DNA of 64,000 bases from Gaiellaceae bacterium. Its GTDB lineage: Bacteria > Actinomycetota > Thermoleophilia > Gaiellales > Gaiellaceae. Under the pieces are notes generated by a model. That model was not told the origin of the DNA. It saw nothing but the letters and a program-made list of their open reading frames with translations, and did no database searches. Location of the stretch: assembly GCA_035651295.1 (NCBI GenBank), contig DASRGA010000062.1:721-64720 (forward strand), read 5' to 3'. Each line of letters starts with the position of its first letter. Positions within the stretch are counted from its first letter, which is position 1. A program made the translations under genes and the position numbers. Of the stretch, positions 8,274 to 18,000 are shown in pieces.

Positions 8274-8884
8274 CGCCGCGCCTCGAAGTGCTCGATGGCG
8301 GCCTCGCGCGGCACGGCCTGCAAGAGGTTCTCGGCGATGAACTCCTCGGCGCCCGGCCACGTGCTCGCACGCAGCTCGCGCACGGCCCGCTCGACGTCGA
8401 ACGTCGTCTTGCGGAAGGCCGGCTCGCCGTCCTCGACGACCGTCCAGAACGCGGCAACCTCGCCCTCGTAGGGCATGCCGACGGAACCGGCGTTGATCAC
8501 GCGCAGCGCGCCGATCCTGCGGTCGAACTGATGATGGGTGTGCCCGATCACGAACGTGCCGGTCGGGCCGAACAGCTCGACGACGTCCGCGTCGAGCGTC
8601 GCCGCGGTCGTCAGCGGCGTGTTCGCCGTCGGCGCCGCATGGCAGTAGACGACGCCGTCGAGCTCCACCGTCAGGGGCAGCGACGCGAATCGCGGGTCGG
8701 CGTCCTCCGCGTTGCCGCGGATCAGGTGGGCGCCGAGAGCGTCGACGAGGGCGAGCGTCTCCTCGACGTACGGCCCGCCGACGAAGTCGCCTCCGAGCAC
8801 GATCTCGTCGGCGTCGACCTCGGCGAGCACCGACTCGAGCGCCCACGGCATGCCGTGGACGTCGTACAGCGCGGCGACCCGCAT
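8270..8884 (-). CDS. metallophosphoesterase (YfcE/MJ0936-like)
   Basis: Motifs DVHG, GGDFVGG, RGNAED and GHTHHQ in canonical order. Confidence 0.8.
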   Translation of the reverse strand: MRVAALYDVHGMPWALESVLAEVDADEIVLGGDFVGGPYVEETLALVDALGAHLIRGNAEDADPRFASLPLTVELDGVVYCHAAPTANTPLTTAATLDADVVELFGPTGTFVIGHTHHQFDRRIGALRVINAGSVGMPYEGEVAAFWTVVEDGEPAFRKTTFDVERAVRELRASTWPGAEEFIAENLLQAVPREAAIEHFEARR

Positions 8885-9121
8885 CTACTCGGGGTCGGCG
8901 ATCTCGACGAACACGCGGCGGCCGTCGCGCGACGCGCTCGCGCGCACGAGCGTCCGCAGGGCGCGGGCGATGCGGCCGTTGCGGCCGATCACCTTGCCGA
9001 CGTCCGCGGCGGCGACGTGCAGGACGAGGACGACGCCCTCGTCCCGCTCCTCTTCGTCGACGGAGACCGCGTCGGGCTCGTCGACGAGCTCGCGCGCGAG
9101 GTACGCGAGCAGCTCGCTCAT
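8885..9121 (-). CDS. KH-domain RNA-binding protein (YlqC/UPF0109)
   Basis: VGKVIGRNGRIARALRTL GxxG loop. Conserved position between rpsP and rimM. Confidence 0.85.
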   Translation of the reverse strand: MSELLAYLARELVDEPDAVSVDEEERDEGVVLVLHVAAADVGKVIGRNGRIARALRTLVRASASRDGRRVFVEIADPE

Positions 9122-9123
9122 CG

Positions 9124-9369
9124 CTACCTGGAGATGCCCTGCGTCTTGAGCAGCCGCGCGACGGCTTCGGTCGGCTGCGCGCCCTTGCCGAGCCAGTCTT
9201 TCACCTTCGCCTCGTCGAGGTCGATCGTCGACGGGTCGGTCTGCGGGTTGTAGCGACCGACGATGTCGAGGAACTTGCCGTCGCGCGGAGAGCGCGAGTC
9301 GGCCGCGACGACGCGGTAGATCGGGTTCTTCTTCGAGCCCACGCGCGTGAGCCTCAGTTTCACTGCCAT
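9124..9369 (-). CDS. rpsP: 30S ribosomal protein S16
   Basis: [31 protein letters not shown].. The SD-like AAGGAAG lies upstream of the ATG. Confidence 0.95.
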   Translation of the reverse strand: MAVKLRLTRVGSKKNPIYRVVAADSRSPRDGKFLDIVGRYNPQTDPSTIDLDEAKVKDWLGKGAQPTEAVARLLKTQGISR

Positions 9370-9379
9370 TCGCTTCCTT

Positions 9380-10753
9380 TCAACGGCGGGCCCGTTTCTT
9401 CTTGCGCTTCGAGCTCGGCTTCCGCGTCGCGGAGCCCGTGCTCGCCGCGCCCTGGGTCGGGAGGCCCGGCATCTTCCCCCGCCCCATCTGCTTCATCAAC
9501 CGCTCCATCTGCTTGCGCGCCGCGAGCAGCTGGTTCACCTGCTCGACGCTCGTTCCCGACCCCCTGGCGATCCGGAGGCGCCGCTTGCCGTCGATCACGA
9601 TAGGCGAACGGCGCTCCTGCGGGGTCATCGAGAGCACGATCGCCTCGACCCGGCCGAGCTGCTTCTCGTCGACGTCGACGTCCCCGATCTGCTCGCGCAT
9701 CCCCGGGATCATCTTCAGCACGCCCTGCAGCGGGCCCATCCGGCGCAGCATCTTGTACGCCTTCAGGAAGTCGTCGAACGTGAACTGCCCGGCGGCGAGG
9801 CGCTTCTCCATCTCCGCCTGCTCGTCCTCGGCGACCGCCGCCTCCGCGCGCTCGATCAGGGTGAGCACGTCGCCCATGCCGAGGATGCGCGACGCCATCC
9901 GGTCCGGGTGGAACACCTCGAGCGCGTCGAGCTTCTCGCCGGTGGAGGCGAACTTGATCGGCTTGCCGGTGATCGCCTTGACCGACAGCGCGGCGCCGCC
10001 GCGCGCGTCGCCGTCGAGCTTCGTCAGGATGACGCCGTCGAAGCTGACGCGCTCGTGGAACGCCTCGGCGACGTTCACCGCCTCCTGGCCCGTCATCGCG
10101 TCGAGCACGAGCAGCACGTTCAGCGGCTTCGCCGCGTCGCGGACGCGGACGAGCTCGTCCATCAGCGCCTCGTCGACCTGCAGCCGGCCGGCGGTGTCGA
10201 CGATCACCGTGTCGAGGCCGTCCGCCTTCGCGCGCTCGAGCCCGCGCTCGGTCGCCTCGACCGCGTCCTTGGTGTCGGTGCGGTACACCGGCACCTGGAT
10301 CTGCCTGCCGAGCTGCTCGAGCTGGTCGATCGCGGCGGGGCGCTGCAGGTCGGCCGCGACGAGCCCCGGCTTGCGCCCCTGCGTGCGCAGGTGCAGGGCG
10401 AGCTTCGCGGCGGTCGTCGTCTTCCCGGAGCCCTGCAGGCCGGCGAGCAGGATGACCGTGAACCGGCCGAACGCGAGCCCCGACTCGCCCTCGCCCATCA
10501 GGCGCGTCAGCTCGTCGTGGACGACCTTGACGACCTGCTGGCCGGGCGTGAGGCTCTTCGTGATCGCCTCGCCGAGCGCCTGCTCCCGGACGGTCGCGAC
10601 GAAGTCGCGGACGACAGTGAAGTTGACGTCGGCCTCGAGCAGCGCGAGGCGGATCTCGCGCATGGCGCGCGAGACCGACTCCTCGTCGAGCTTGCCCTTC
10701 TTGCGCAGGTCGCCGAGGGCGCTCTGCAGCTTGTCGGAGAGGCTGTCGAACAC
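9380..10753 (-). CDS. ffh: signal recognition particle protein Ffh
   Basis: N/G domain with [16 protein letters not shown] and [10 protein letters not shown], a Met-rich M domain and a basic tail. Confidence 0.95.
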   Translation of the reverse strand: MFDSLSDKLQSALGDLRKKGKLDEESVSRAMREIRLALLEADVNFTVVRDFVATVREQALGEAITKSLTPGQQVVKVVHDELTRLMGEGESGLAFGRFTVILLAGLQGSGKTTTAAKLALHLRTQGRKPGLVAADLQRPAAIDQLEQLGRQIQVPVYRTDTKDAVEATERGLERAKADGLDTVIVDTAGRLQVDEALMDELVRVRDAAKPLNVLLVLDAMTGQEAVNVAEAFHERVSFDGVILTKLDGDARGGAALSVKAITGKPIKFASTGEKLDALEVFHPDRMASRILGMGDVLTLIERAEAAVAEDEQAEMEKRLAAGQFTFDDFLKAYKMLRRMGPLQGVLKMIPGMREQIGDVDVDEKQLGRVEAIVLSMTPQERRSPIVIDGKRRLRIARGSGTSVEQVNQLLAARKQMERLMKQMGRGKMPGLPTQGAASTGSATRKPSSKRKKKRARR

Positions 10754-10791
10754 GACGGCGCATGGTAGCTGCGGGCCTCTAAGCTCAACCC

Positions 10792-11820
10792 ATGCCCTAC
10801 ACCGCCGCCCCCGACCGCTACGACGCGAAGCTGCCCTACCGCCGCTGCGGCCGCAGCGGCCTCAAGCTGCCCGCGATCTCGCTCGGGCTCTGGCACAACT
10901 TCGGCGGCGACCGGCCGCTCGAGACGTCCCGCGCGATCCTCCGCCGCGCCTTCGACCTCGGCGTCACGCACTTCGACCTCGCGAACAACTACGGGCCGCC
11001 CTACGGGTCGGCCGAGGAGACGTTCGGGCGGATCATGCGCGACGATCTGCGCCCCTACCGCGACGAGCTCGTCATCTCGACGAAGGCCGGCTACGACATG
11101 TGGCCGGGACCGTACGGCGAGTGGGGGTCGCGCAAGTACCTGCTCGCGTCGCTCGACCGGTCGCTCGCCCGCCTGGGGCTCGAGTACGTCGACATCTTCT
11201 ACTCGCACCGCTTCGACCCGGAGACGCCGCTCGAGGAGACGATGGGCGCGCTCGACACCGCCGTCCGCTCCGGCCGCGCGCTCTACGCCGGCATCTCCTC
11301 CTACTCGCCGGAGAAGACGCGCGAGGCGTACGAGATCCTCGAGGCGCTCGGCACGCCGCTTCTGATCCACCAGCCGTCGTACTCGCTGCTCAACCGCTGG
11401 ATCGAGCCGGAGCTCCTCGACACGCTCGGCGGGCTCGGCGTCGGCTGCACCGGCTTCTCGCCGCTCGCGCAGGGGATGCTCACCGACAAGTACCTGGACG
11501 GCATCCCGGCGGGCTCGCGCGCGTCGGCCAACACGTCGCTCTCGCCCGACCTGCTCGACGAGCAGACGCTGGCGAAGATCCGCGGCCTGAACGAGATCGC
11601 CGCGCGCCGCGGGCAGAGCCTCGCGCAGATGGCGCTCGCGTGGACGCTGCGCGACCCGCGCATGACCTCGACGCTGATCGGCGCCTCCAGCGTCGCGCAG
11701 CTCGAGGACTCGCTCGGCGCGGTCAGCAAGCTCGAGTTCTCGGCCGACGAGCTCGCCGAGATCGACCGCTACGCCACCGACAGCGGCGTCAACCTCTGGG
11801 CTAGGTCGAGTACGCCCTGA
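10792..11820 (+). CDS. aldo/keto reductase (YghZ / glyceraldehyde-3-phosphate reductase-like)
   Basis: CGRSGLKLPAISLGLWHNFG, GVTHFDLANNYGPPYGSAEE and IFYSHRFD. Confidence 0.88.
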   Translation: MPYTAAPDRYDAKLPYRRCGRSGLKLPAISLGLWHNFGGDRPLETSRAILRRAFDLGVTHFDLANNYGPPYGSAEETFGRIMRDDLRPYRDELVISTKAGYDMWPGPYGEWGSRKYLLASLDRSLARLGLEYVDIFYSHRFDPETPLEETMGALDTAVRSGRALYAGISSYSPEKTREAYEILEALGTPLLIHQPSYSLLNRWIEPELLDTLGGLGVGCTGFSPLAQGMLTDKYLDGIPAGSRASANTSLSPDLLDEQTLAKIRGLNEIAARRGQSLAQMALAWTLRDPRMTSTLIGASSVAQLEDSLGAVSKLEFSADELAEIDRYATDSGVNLWARSSTP

Positions 11821-12958
11821 TCCACTCGGCCAGGAACGGCTCCGCGATGCGGTAGCCGTCCTCGCCCCGCTCGACGAGCTCGTCGGCTGCGAGCTGCTGC
11901 ACGGCCCGCTGCACGGTCGACGCGCCGGGCAGGTCGTGCCGGCGCCGGTAGTCGGCGCCGAAGACGCGGCCCGGCTCGGCGGCGAGCGCCTGCAGCACGA
12001 GCCGCTGTGCGCGCGACGCGCCGTCCCAGACGAGCGTGAAGTGCGCGTTCTCGGAGCGCAGCACCGCCTGCAGCGCCCGGTCGAGGTCGCCGGCCGTCGC
12101 GTCGAAGCCCGCGGGCACCTCCTCCCACAGCGCGTAGGCGAGCTCCTGCGTCGCGTACGGGTGGCCGCGCGTCGTCGCGGCGAGGCGGGCGGCGACGCCG
12201 TCCGCGAGCCCCCGATCCGTCCGCGCGAACCGCTGCTCGACGAACTCCGCGAACAGCGCCACGTCGATGCGCCCGAGCTCCAGCACCTTCGCGCTGCGGA
12301 AGAACGGCTCGTTCTCGTCGGTGAAGAGCCGGCGCATCATGTCGCGCCTCGAGCCCGAGTAGACGTGCGCGACCTCGCGCTGCTCCTGGAACACGGCGCG
12401 CATCAGCGCGGGCAGGCCGGGGTCGACGCTCGTCACCTCCTGGAACTCGTCGAAGACGAGCACGACGCGCCGGCCGCGTTCGGCGGCGAGCTGCGCCGGC
12501 AGCTCGAGCAGCCGCTCGAGCGTGTCGTCGATGTCCTCGCGGCGGTGCGTCGCCGTGAACGAGAACGACGGCGAGCCGTCCGCCGGGTCGATCGTCACGG
12601 TGGGCGTGATCCGCAGCCCGGAGAAGATGCGGAGGCGGTCGCGCGCCCGCACGAGCGCGGTGGCGATGTCGTCGTGGATCGCCCGCGCGAGCTTCGACGC
12701 CAGCTTCTCCTTCGTCGGCGTCTTCATCAGGTCGACGTCGGCGACGAGCACGCCCTCGGCGGCGAGCGCCTGCTCCGCACGGCGCAGCAGCGACGTCTTC
12801 CCGTAGCGGCGGGGCGCGACCAGCGCCACGTTCTGGCCGTTGCGCATGTCGCTGCAGAGCCCGGCCAGCTCGCCCTCGCGGTCGGTGAACGCGTCGTCGA
12901 GCGCAAGGTCGCCGAAGCGGAAGGGGTTCTGCGCGCGCTCCGCCACGCTGCGAAGCAT
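11801..12958 (-). CDS. ATP-binding protein of the ORC/Cdc6-like 'archaeal ATPase' type with a C-terminal wHTH
   Basis: Walker A APRRYGKTS, Walker B VVLVFDEFQ and sensor-like GSRRD. The C-terminus has ...LVERGEDGYRIAEPFLAEWIR. The 3' end overlaps the convergent AKR gene by 20 nt. Confidence 0.65.
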   Translation of the reverse strand: MLRSVAERAQNPFRFGDLALDDAFTDREGELAGLCSDMRNGQNVALVAPRRYGKTSLLRRAEQALAAEGVLVADVDLMKTPTKEKLASKLARAIHDDIATALVRARDRLRIFSGLRITPTVTIDPADGSPSFSFTATHRREDIDDTLERLLELPAQLAAERGRRVVLVFDEFQEVTSVDPGLPALMRAVFQEQREVAHVYSGSRRDMMRRLFTDENEPFFRSAKVLELGRIDVALFAEFVEQRFARTDRGLADGVAARLAATTRGHPYATQELAYALWEEVPAGFDATAGDLDRALQAVLRSENAHFTLVWDGASRAQRLVLQALAAEPGRVFGADYRRRHDLPGASTVQRAVQQLAADELVERGEDGYRIAEPFLAEWIRAYST

Positions 12959-12997
12959 AACGCTAACTCGCGTATCTCTATACGCTGATTAGCGTTA
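12958..12997. repeat. 40-nt nested palindrome filling the whole ATPase-GNAT intergenic gap
   Basis: TAACGCTAA-CTC-GCGTAT-CTCT-ATACGC-TGA-TTAGCGTTA. The left arm contains the ATPase ATG and the right arm contains the GNAT TAA. The region is locally AT-rich. Confidence 0.6.
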
Positions 12998-13708
12998 CGC
13001 TTGTCGGCGTAGCATCTCGATCTGGCGCAGGTCGAGGCTGCCGCCGAGCGCCCGCAGGGCCCGGCTTGCGACGTCGCCCTCCGGCACGTTGACGAAGCTG
13101 AGCGCCGTGCCGCGGGAGAGCAGCGCGACGGCCGCGTCCTCGTCGTCGGCGCGCAGCTGGAAGACGCTGCCGCCGCGGAACACCATCGCGCCGCCGTCGA
13201 CCTCCACCCGCTCGCAGCCCGGCGGCAGGGACTCGTCCGCCCGCTGCCACGGCACGCCGCTCGAGCCGAGCGGCGCCGGCTCGACGCTCCGCGCCTCGAC
13301 GTAGGGCGCCTCCTGCAGCGACCACACCTCGAGCAGCCGCACGGCCTCGAAGCCGAGCTGCTCGTAGAGCCGCAGCGCCGGCTCGTTCTGCTCGAGCACC
13401 TCCAGCGCCACCGACGGCGGCGCCACCTCGAGCACCGCCTCCAGGAGCGCGCGCCCGACGCCCCGCCGGCGCGCACCCGGCACGACGGCGAGCCCGCCGA
13501 TCCAGCCCCGGTTGCCGCGCACGCCGAGGTTGCAGACGCCGACGCCGGCGGCGACGCGCGAACGCGAGAGGTCGATGTCCCACGACTCGACCATGAAGCG
13601 CATCGCGGCCTCGTCGACGTGCACCGGCACGAAGTAGCCCTCGTAGCCCGCCGAGAAGAGGGCCGCCAGCTCGGCCATCGACAGCGCGTCGGCCGGCGCC
13701 AGCCTCAT
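12995..13708 (-). CDS. GNAT family N-acetyltransferase
   Basis: Acetyl-CoA loop LAVVPGARRRGVGRALL and LRLYEQLGFE. The ATG overlaps the ftsY stop. Confidence 0.75.
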   Translation of the reverse strand: MRLAPADALSMAELAALFSAGYEGYFVPVHVDEAAMRFMVESWDIDLSRSRVAAGVGVCNLGVRGNRGWIGGLAVVPGARRRGVGRALLEAVLEVAPPSVALEVLEQNEPALRLYEQLGFEAVRLLEVWSLQEAPYVEARSVEPAPLGSSGVPWQRADESLPPGCERVEVDGGAMVFRGGSVFQLRADDEDAAVALLSRGTALSFVNVPEGDVASRALRALGGSLDLRQIEMLRRQA

Positions 13709-14640
13709 GCGACGAGCGCGCGCGCGAAGTCGCCCGCGTCGAAGGGGCGCAGGTCGTCGATCCCCTCGCCGACGCCGACGAGCTTCACCGGCAGCCCGAG
13801 CTCGTAGGCGATCGCGACGGCGATGCCCCCCTTCGCCGACCCGTCGAGCTTCGTCAGGGCGACGCCGGTGACGCCGACCGCCTCGCCGAAGAGACGCGCC
13901 TGCTGCAGGCCGTTCTGGCCGGTCGTCGCGTCGACGACGAGCAGCACCTCGTGCGGGGCGCCGGCGAGGCGGCCCGCGATCACGCGGCGGACCTTCGACA
14001 GCTCGTCCATCAGGTTCGACTGCGTGTGCAGCCGGCCGGCGGTGTCGACGATCACGACGTCGCTCCCCGAGCCGACCGCGTCGTAGGCGACGGCGGCCGG
14101 GTCGCCGCCGCGCTCGCCGCCGACGAACGCGGCCTGCGCGCGCTGCGCCCAGATCTCGAGCTGCTCCTCGGCCGCCGCGCGGAAGGTGTCCGCCGCCCCG
14201 AGGGTGACGCTGCGCCCGTGCTCGTGCAGCTTCCAGGCGAGCTTGCCGATCGTGGTCGTCTTGCCGGTGCCGTTGACGCCCACGACGAGCACGACGGCGG
14301 GCTCGTGCCCGAGGTCGAGGGTGGGCGGCTCCCCGAAGAGCGCGGCGATCTCCTCGGCGAGCGCCGTCGAGAGGTCGCCGAGCTCCTGCCGCGCCTCGAG
14401 CCGGCGCACCAGCTCGGCCGTCGCGCGCACGCCCACGTCGGCGTAGATCAGCGCCTCCTCGAGCCGCTCCCAGGACGCGTCGTCGGCGGGGTCGAACGCG
14501 GCGACCTGGATCTGCTCGGCGAGCGCGCGCCGCGACTTCGAGAGCGACTCGCGCAGCCGTCCGAAGAAGCCGCGCTGCGCCTCCTCGGGCTCGTCGCCCG
14601 CTCCGGCCTCGCCCAGCAGCTGCGCCCAGCTCCTCGCCAT
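13705..14640 (-). CDS. ftsY: signal recognition particle receptor FtsY
   Basis: GVNGTGKTTT, DTAGRL and TKLDGSAKGG. Confidence 0.92.
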   Translation of the reverse strand: MARSWAQLLGEAGAGDEPEEAQRGFFGRLRESLSKSRRALAEQIQVAAFDPADDASWERLEEALIYADVGVRATAELVRRLEARQELGDLSTALAEEIAALFGEPPTLDLGHEPAVVLVVGVNGTGKTTTIGKLAWKLHEHGRSVTLGAADTFRAAAEEQLEIWAQRAQAAFVGGERGGDPAAVAYDAVGSGSDVVIVDTAGRLHTQSNLMDELSKVRRVIAGRLAGAPHEVLLVVDATTGQNGLQQARLFGEAVGVTGVALTKLDGSAKGGIAVAIAYELGLPVKLVGVGEGIDDLRPFDAGDFARALVA

Positions 14641-14658
14641 CGGCGAGGCACCTTAGCG

Positions 14659-15069
14659 TCAGGCGGCCGACTCGACGCGGTAGCTGTGCCGGAAGCCGGC
14701 CAGCGCGACGGGCCCCGCGACGCGGAGCGGCCCGTCGACGACCAGCACGTCGTCGGGCCAGTCGTGGCGCCGGCGGGCGAGGCTCGTGTACCAGCCGCGC
14801 TCGTCGCGGCGGACGAGGAAGAGCTCGACCGTCGTCCCGTCGAGCACGAACGCCCGCTTCCAGGGGAAGCGCTTGCCGGGCAGCCAGTCGAGCGGCAGCC
14901 GGTCGATGTGCGCCCAGGTCTCGCCGGGATAGAGCAGGTCGAGGTCGGCGTGCTCGCGCGGGCGGATCAGCCCCCGCAGCTCCTCCCCCCAGCCGCCGAA
15001 CACCCAGGTCGGGACGCCGTAGCCGTCGAGCAGGTCGACCACGTCGCAGACGAAGGCGCGATCGTTCAT
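14659..15069 (-). CDS. small Pol-beta-fold nucleotidyltransferase, aminoglycoside-2''-nucleotidyltransferase-like
   Basis: 136 aa. WVFGGWGEE..(N12)..HADLDLLYPGE resembles the GG(G/W)..DxD signature of the ANT(2'')/PF10706-type family; this is recalled from memory, not searched. Confidence 0.55.
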   Translation of the reverse strand: MNDRAFVCDVVDLLDGYGVPTWVFGGWGEELRGLIRPREHADLDLLYPGETWAHIDRLPLDWLPGKRFPWKRAFVLDGTTVELFLVRRDERGWYTSLARRRHDWPDDVLVVDGPLRVAGPVALAGFRHSYRVESAA

Positions 15070-15082
15070 CGGACGTCCGAGC

Positions 15083-18000
15083 TCACGCGGTCCGCGCCTG
15101 CTCCTCCTCGCGCGGCAGCCGCCGCGAGACGATCTCCGACACGCCGTCGCCGCCCATCGTCACCCCGTAGAGCACGTCGGCGGCCTCCATCGTGCGCTTC
15201 TGGTGGGTGATGACGATGAACTGCGCGCGGTCGGCGTAGGCGCGCAGGAGCGAGGTGAAGCGGCCGATGTTCGTGTCGTCGAGCGCCGCCTCGACCTCGT
15301 CGAGCAGGTAGAACGGGCTCGGCCGCGCGAGGAACAGCGAGAACAGGAACGCGATCGCGCCGAGCGCCTTCTCGCCGCCGGAGAGCAGCGACAGCCGGGT
15401 GACGCGCTTCCCGGCCGGCCGCAGCTCGACCTCGATGCCCGGCTCCTCGCCCTCCTCCTCCGGCTCGGAGAGGCGCAGCCGCCCCTCGCCGCCCGGGAAG
15501 AGCGTCGCGGCGACCTCGTGGAAGTGCTCCTCGACCGCCGCGAACGTCTCGGCGAAGCGCGTCTCGACGGTGTCGGCGAGCTCGTCGCGGAGCTTCTCGA
15601 GCTCGCGCAGGCTCTCCTCGAGGTCGCGCCGCTGCCCGGCGAGCTCCTCGAGCCGCTCCTTCTCCGCCTCGTACTCCTCCTTCGCGAGCGGGTTCACCTG
15701 CCCGAGCTGCTCGAGCCGGCGCTCCGACCGCTCCAGCTTCTGCGCCAGCTCGTCGCGGTCCTCGCCCTCCGCCGGCTCGGCGCCGGCGGCGTCGAGCCGC
15801 CGCTGCGCCTCGTCGCGCTCCGCGTCGGTGCGCGCGAGCTCGACGTCGATCGCGGCGAGCTGCTCGCCCGCCGCGCCCGCCGCCTGGCGCAGCTCGAGCT
15901 CGCGGGCGCCCAGCCGGCGCAGCTGCGCGCCCAGCTCGCCGGTGCGGGCGGCCTGCCGCTCGGCCCGGGCGCGGACGGGCTGCTCGAACCGCTCCGCGTC
16001 GAGGACGAGCGCCTGCTCGAGCCGCGCCGCGGCGGCGTGCAGCCGCTCGAGGACGAGCTCGCTCGGCCGGCGCGCCCGGTCCGGGTCGGCGTCGGTGAGC
16101 GCCCGCGCGGCGGCGCCGGCGCGCTCGGCAGCCAGCTCGGCCGCGGCCGCGGCCTCGCCCGCCCGCCGCTCGAGATCCTCGGCCTCCTCGCGCAGGAGCG
16201 CGAGGTCGCCAGCCGGCGCGGCCGTGCGGCCGTTCGCGCGCCGCTCCGCCGCGAGGGCGCGGCCGTCCGCCTCGGCGGCCGACCGGCGCAGCTCGGCTTC
16301 GCGGCCGGCGAGCTCCCGGAGCTCGCCCTGGAGGCGCGCTGCGCGCTCGGCGAGCGGCGCCTCGAGCCGGGCCGCGGCGGCCGCGGCGACGCGCAGCGTC
16401 TCGTCGAGGCGGCCGGCGCCGTGCGCGAGCCGCTCCAGGCTGCCCGCGTCGGCGCGGCGAATGCTCCGGAGGTGCGCGACGGGAGCGAACGCGGCGGCGG
16501 CGGCCCGGGCCCGCTCGGCCGCGGCGTCCGCCTCGGCCGCCGCGCCCGCGGCGCGCTCGGCGAGCTCGTCGACCTCCGCGTCGAGCCGCCGTCGGCGGGC
16601 GTCGAGCTCGAGCAGCACCGCCTCGGCCGTCTCGCCGGCGAACCACAGCTCGCCGCGCTGCGGGTCCCAGCCGATCCCCTCCTCCGTCACGGCCGGCACC
16701 GGCGAGGCGAGCAGCTCGCTGCGCGGCAGCACCGGCAGGTCGACGAGCCGCCGCGGGTCGGCGCCGACGAGCACCAGCACCGAGCCCAGCCCCGCGGCGC
16801 GTGCGCGCTCGACGAGCGCGAGAGCCCGCTGCGGGTCGGCCGCGAGCACCGCGGAGGCGCGGTGCGCGAGCGCGGCCGCGACCGCACGCTCGCGGCCCGC
16901 CTCGACCTCGAGCAGCTGGAGGGCGAGCTGCTCCCCCTCCTCGGCGAGCGCCCGCGCGGCCGGCGGCAGCCCCTCGCGCTCGGCGAGCGCCTGGTCGAGC
17001 GCGGCCAGGCGCTCGCGCGCGAGGCCGAGCCGGGCGGCGAGGTCGTCGCGCTCGCGGATCGCCGCGCGCGCGGCGGCGTCCGCCTCGTCGGCGGCGCGGC
17101 CGAGCTCGTCGGGGGTCGGGCCGGACGGGGCCCGGCGGGCCTCGGCCAGATCCTGGCGCAGCTCGGCGAGGAGGCGCTGCGCCGACTCGTGGCGCACGCC
17201 GAGCCGCTGCGCGGCGCCGCGCAGCGCGAGCAGCGCGTCGCGCTTGCCGCCGGTGAGCACCGCCTCGGCCTCGGCGCGGCGGCCGAGGACGTTCTCGAGC
17301 TCGGCCGCGGCCGCGGCGCCGGCCGTCCGCTCGATCGCCGCGATGCGCGCCCAGCGCTCCTCGGCTTCCACCTGCAGCCGCGCCCGCTCGCCGGCGGCCG
17401 CCTGGGCGGCCGCGGCCGTCTCGCGCGCGGCGGTCTCGAGCTCGGCCGACGCGGCCGGGTCGTGTGCGCGGGCGGCCTCGAGCTCGCCGCGCAGCGACGC
17501 GCGCAGCGACGCCGCCGCCTCGCGCCGAAGCGCAAGCCGCTCGCCGGCGCTGCGCAGCCGGTACAGCGCCGCCGTCGCCTGCTCGCGCGCGCCGGCGGAG
17601 TCGGTCAGCTCCTCCTCGGCGTGCTCGCGCTCGGCGACGACCGCTGCGATCTGCTCGTCGAGGGCGCGCCGCTCGCCGGCCGTCTCGGCCCGGCGCCGCT
17701 CGGCGTCCGCCCGGCGGCCGGCGAGCCGCGCGAGGTCGAGCGTGGCGATGGCGGCCTGGAGGCGGGCGATCTCGCCGCGCAGCTTCTCGGCGCGCTCGGC
17801 GGCGGTCGCCTGCAGCGCCAGCGGCCGCAGCCGCTTGCGCACCTCCTCCTCGAGGTCGCGCGCCCGGTCGACCTGCACCGCGACGCGGGCGAGCTTCAGC
17901 TCGGCGCGGTGCTTGCGCCGCTTGAACCGCCCGAGCCCGGCGGCCTCCTCGATCAGCTCGCGGCGCTCGGCCGGCTTCGAGTTGAGCACCGTCTCGACGC

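Noticed and set aside
15700-17900. Repetitive GC-rich strings (gcggc/cgcgc, gagctc) inside smc that look superficially like tandem repeats or a CRISPR-like array.
   Set aside because: They encode the Ala/Glu/Arg/Leu coiled-coil arms of SMC. There are no regularly spaced identical repeats and no cas genes.
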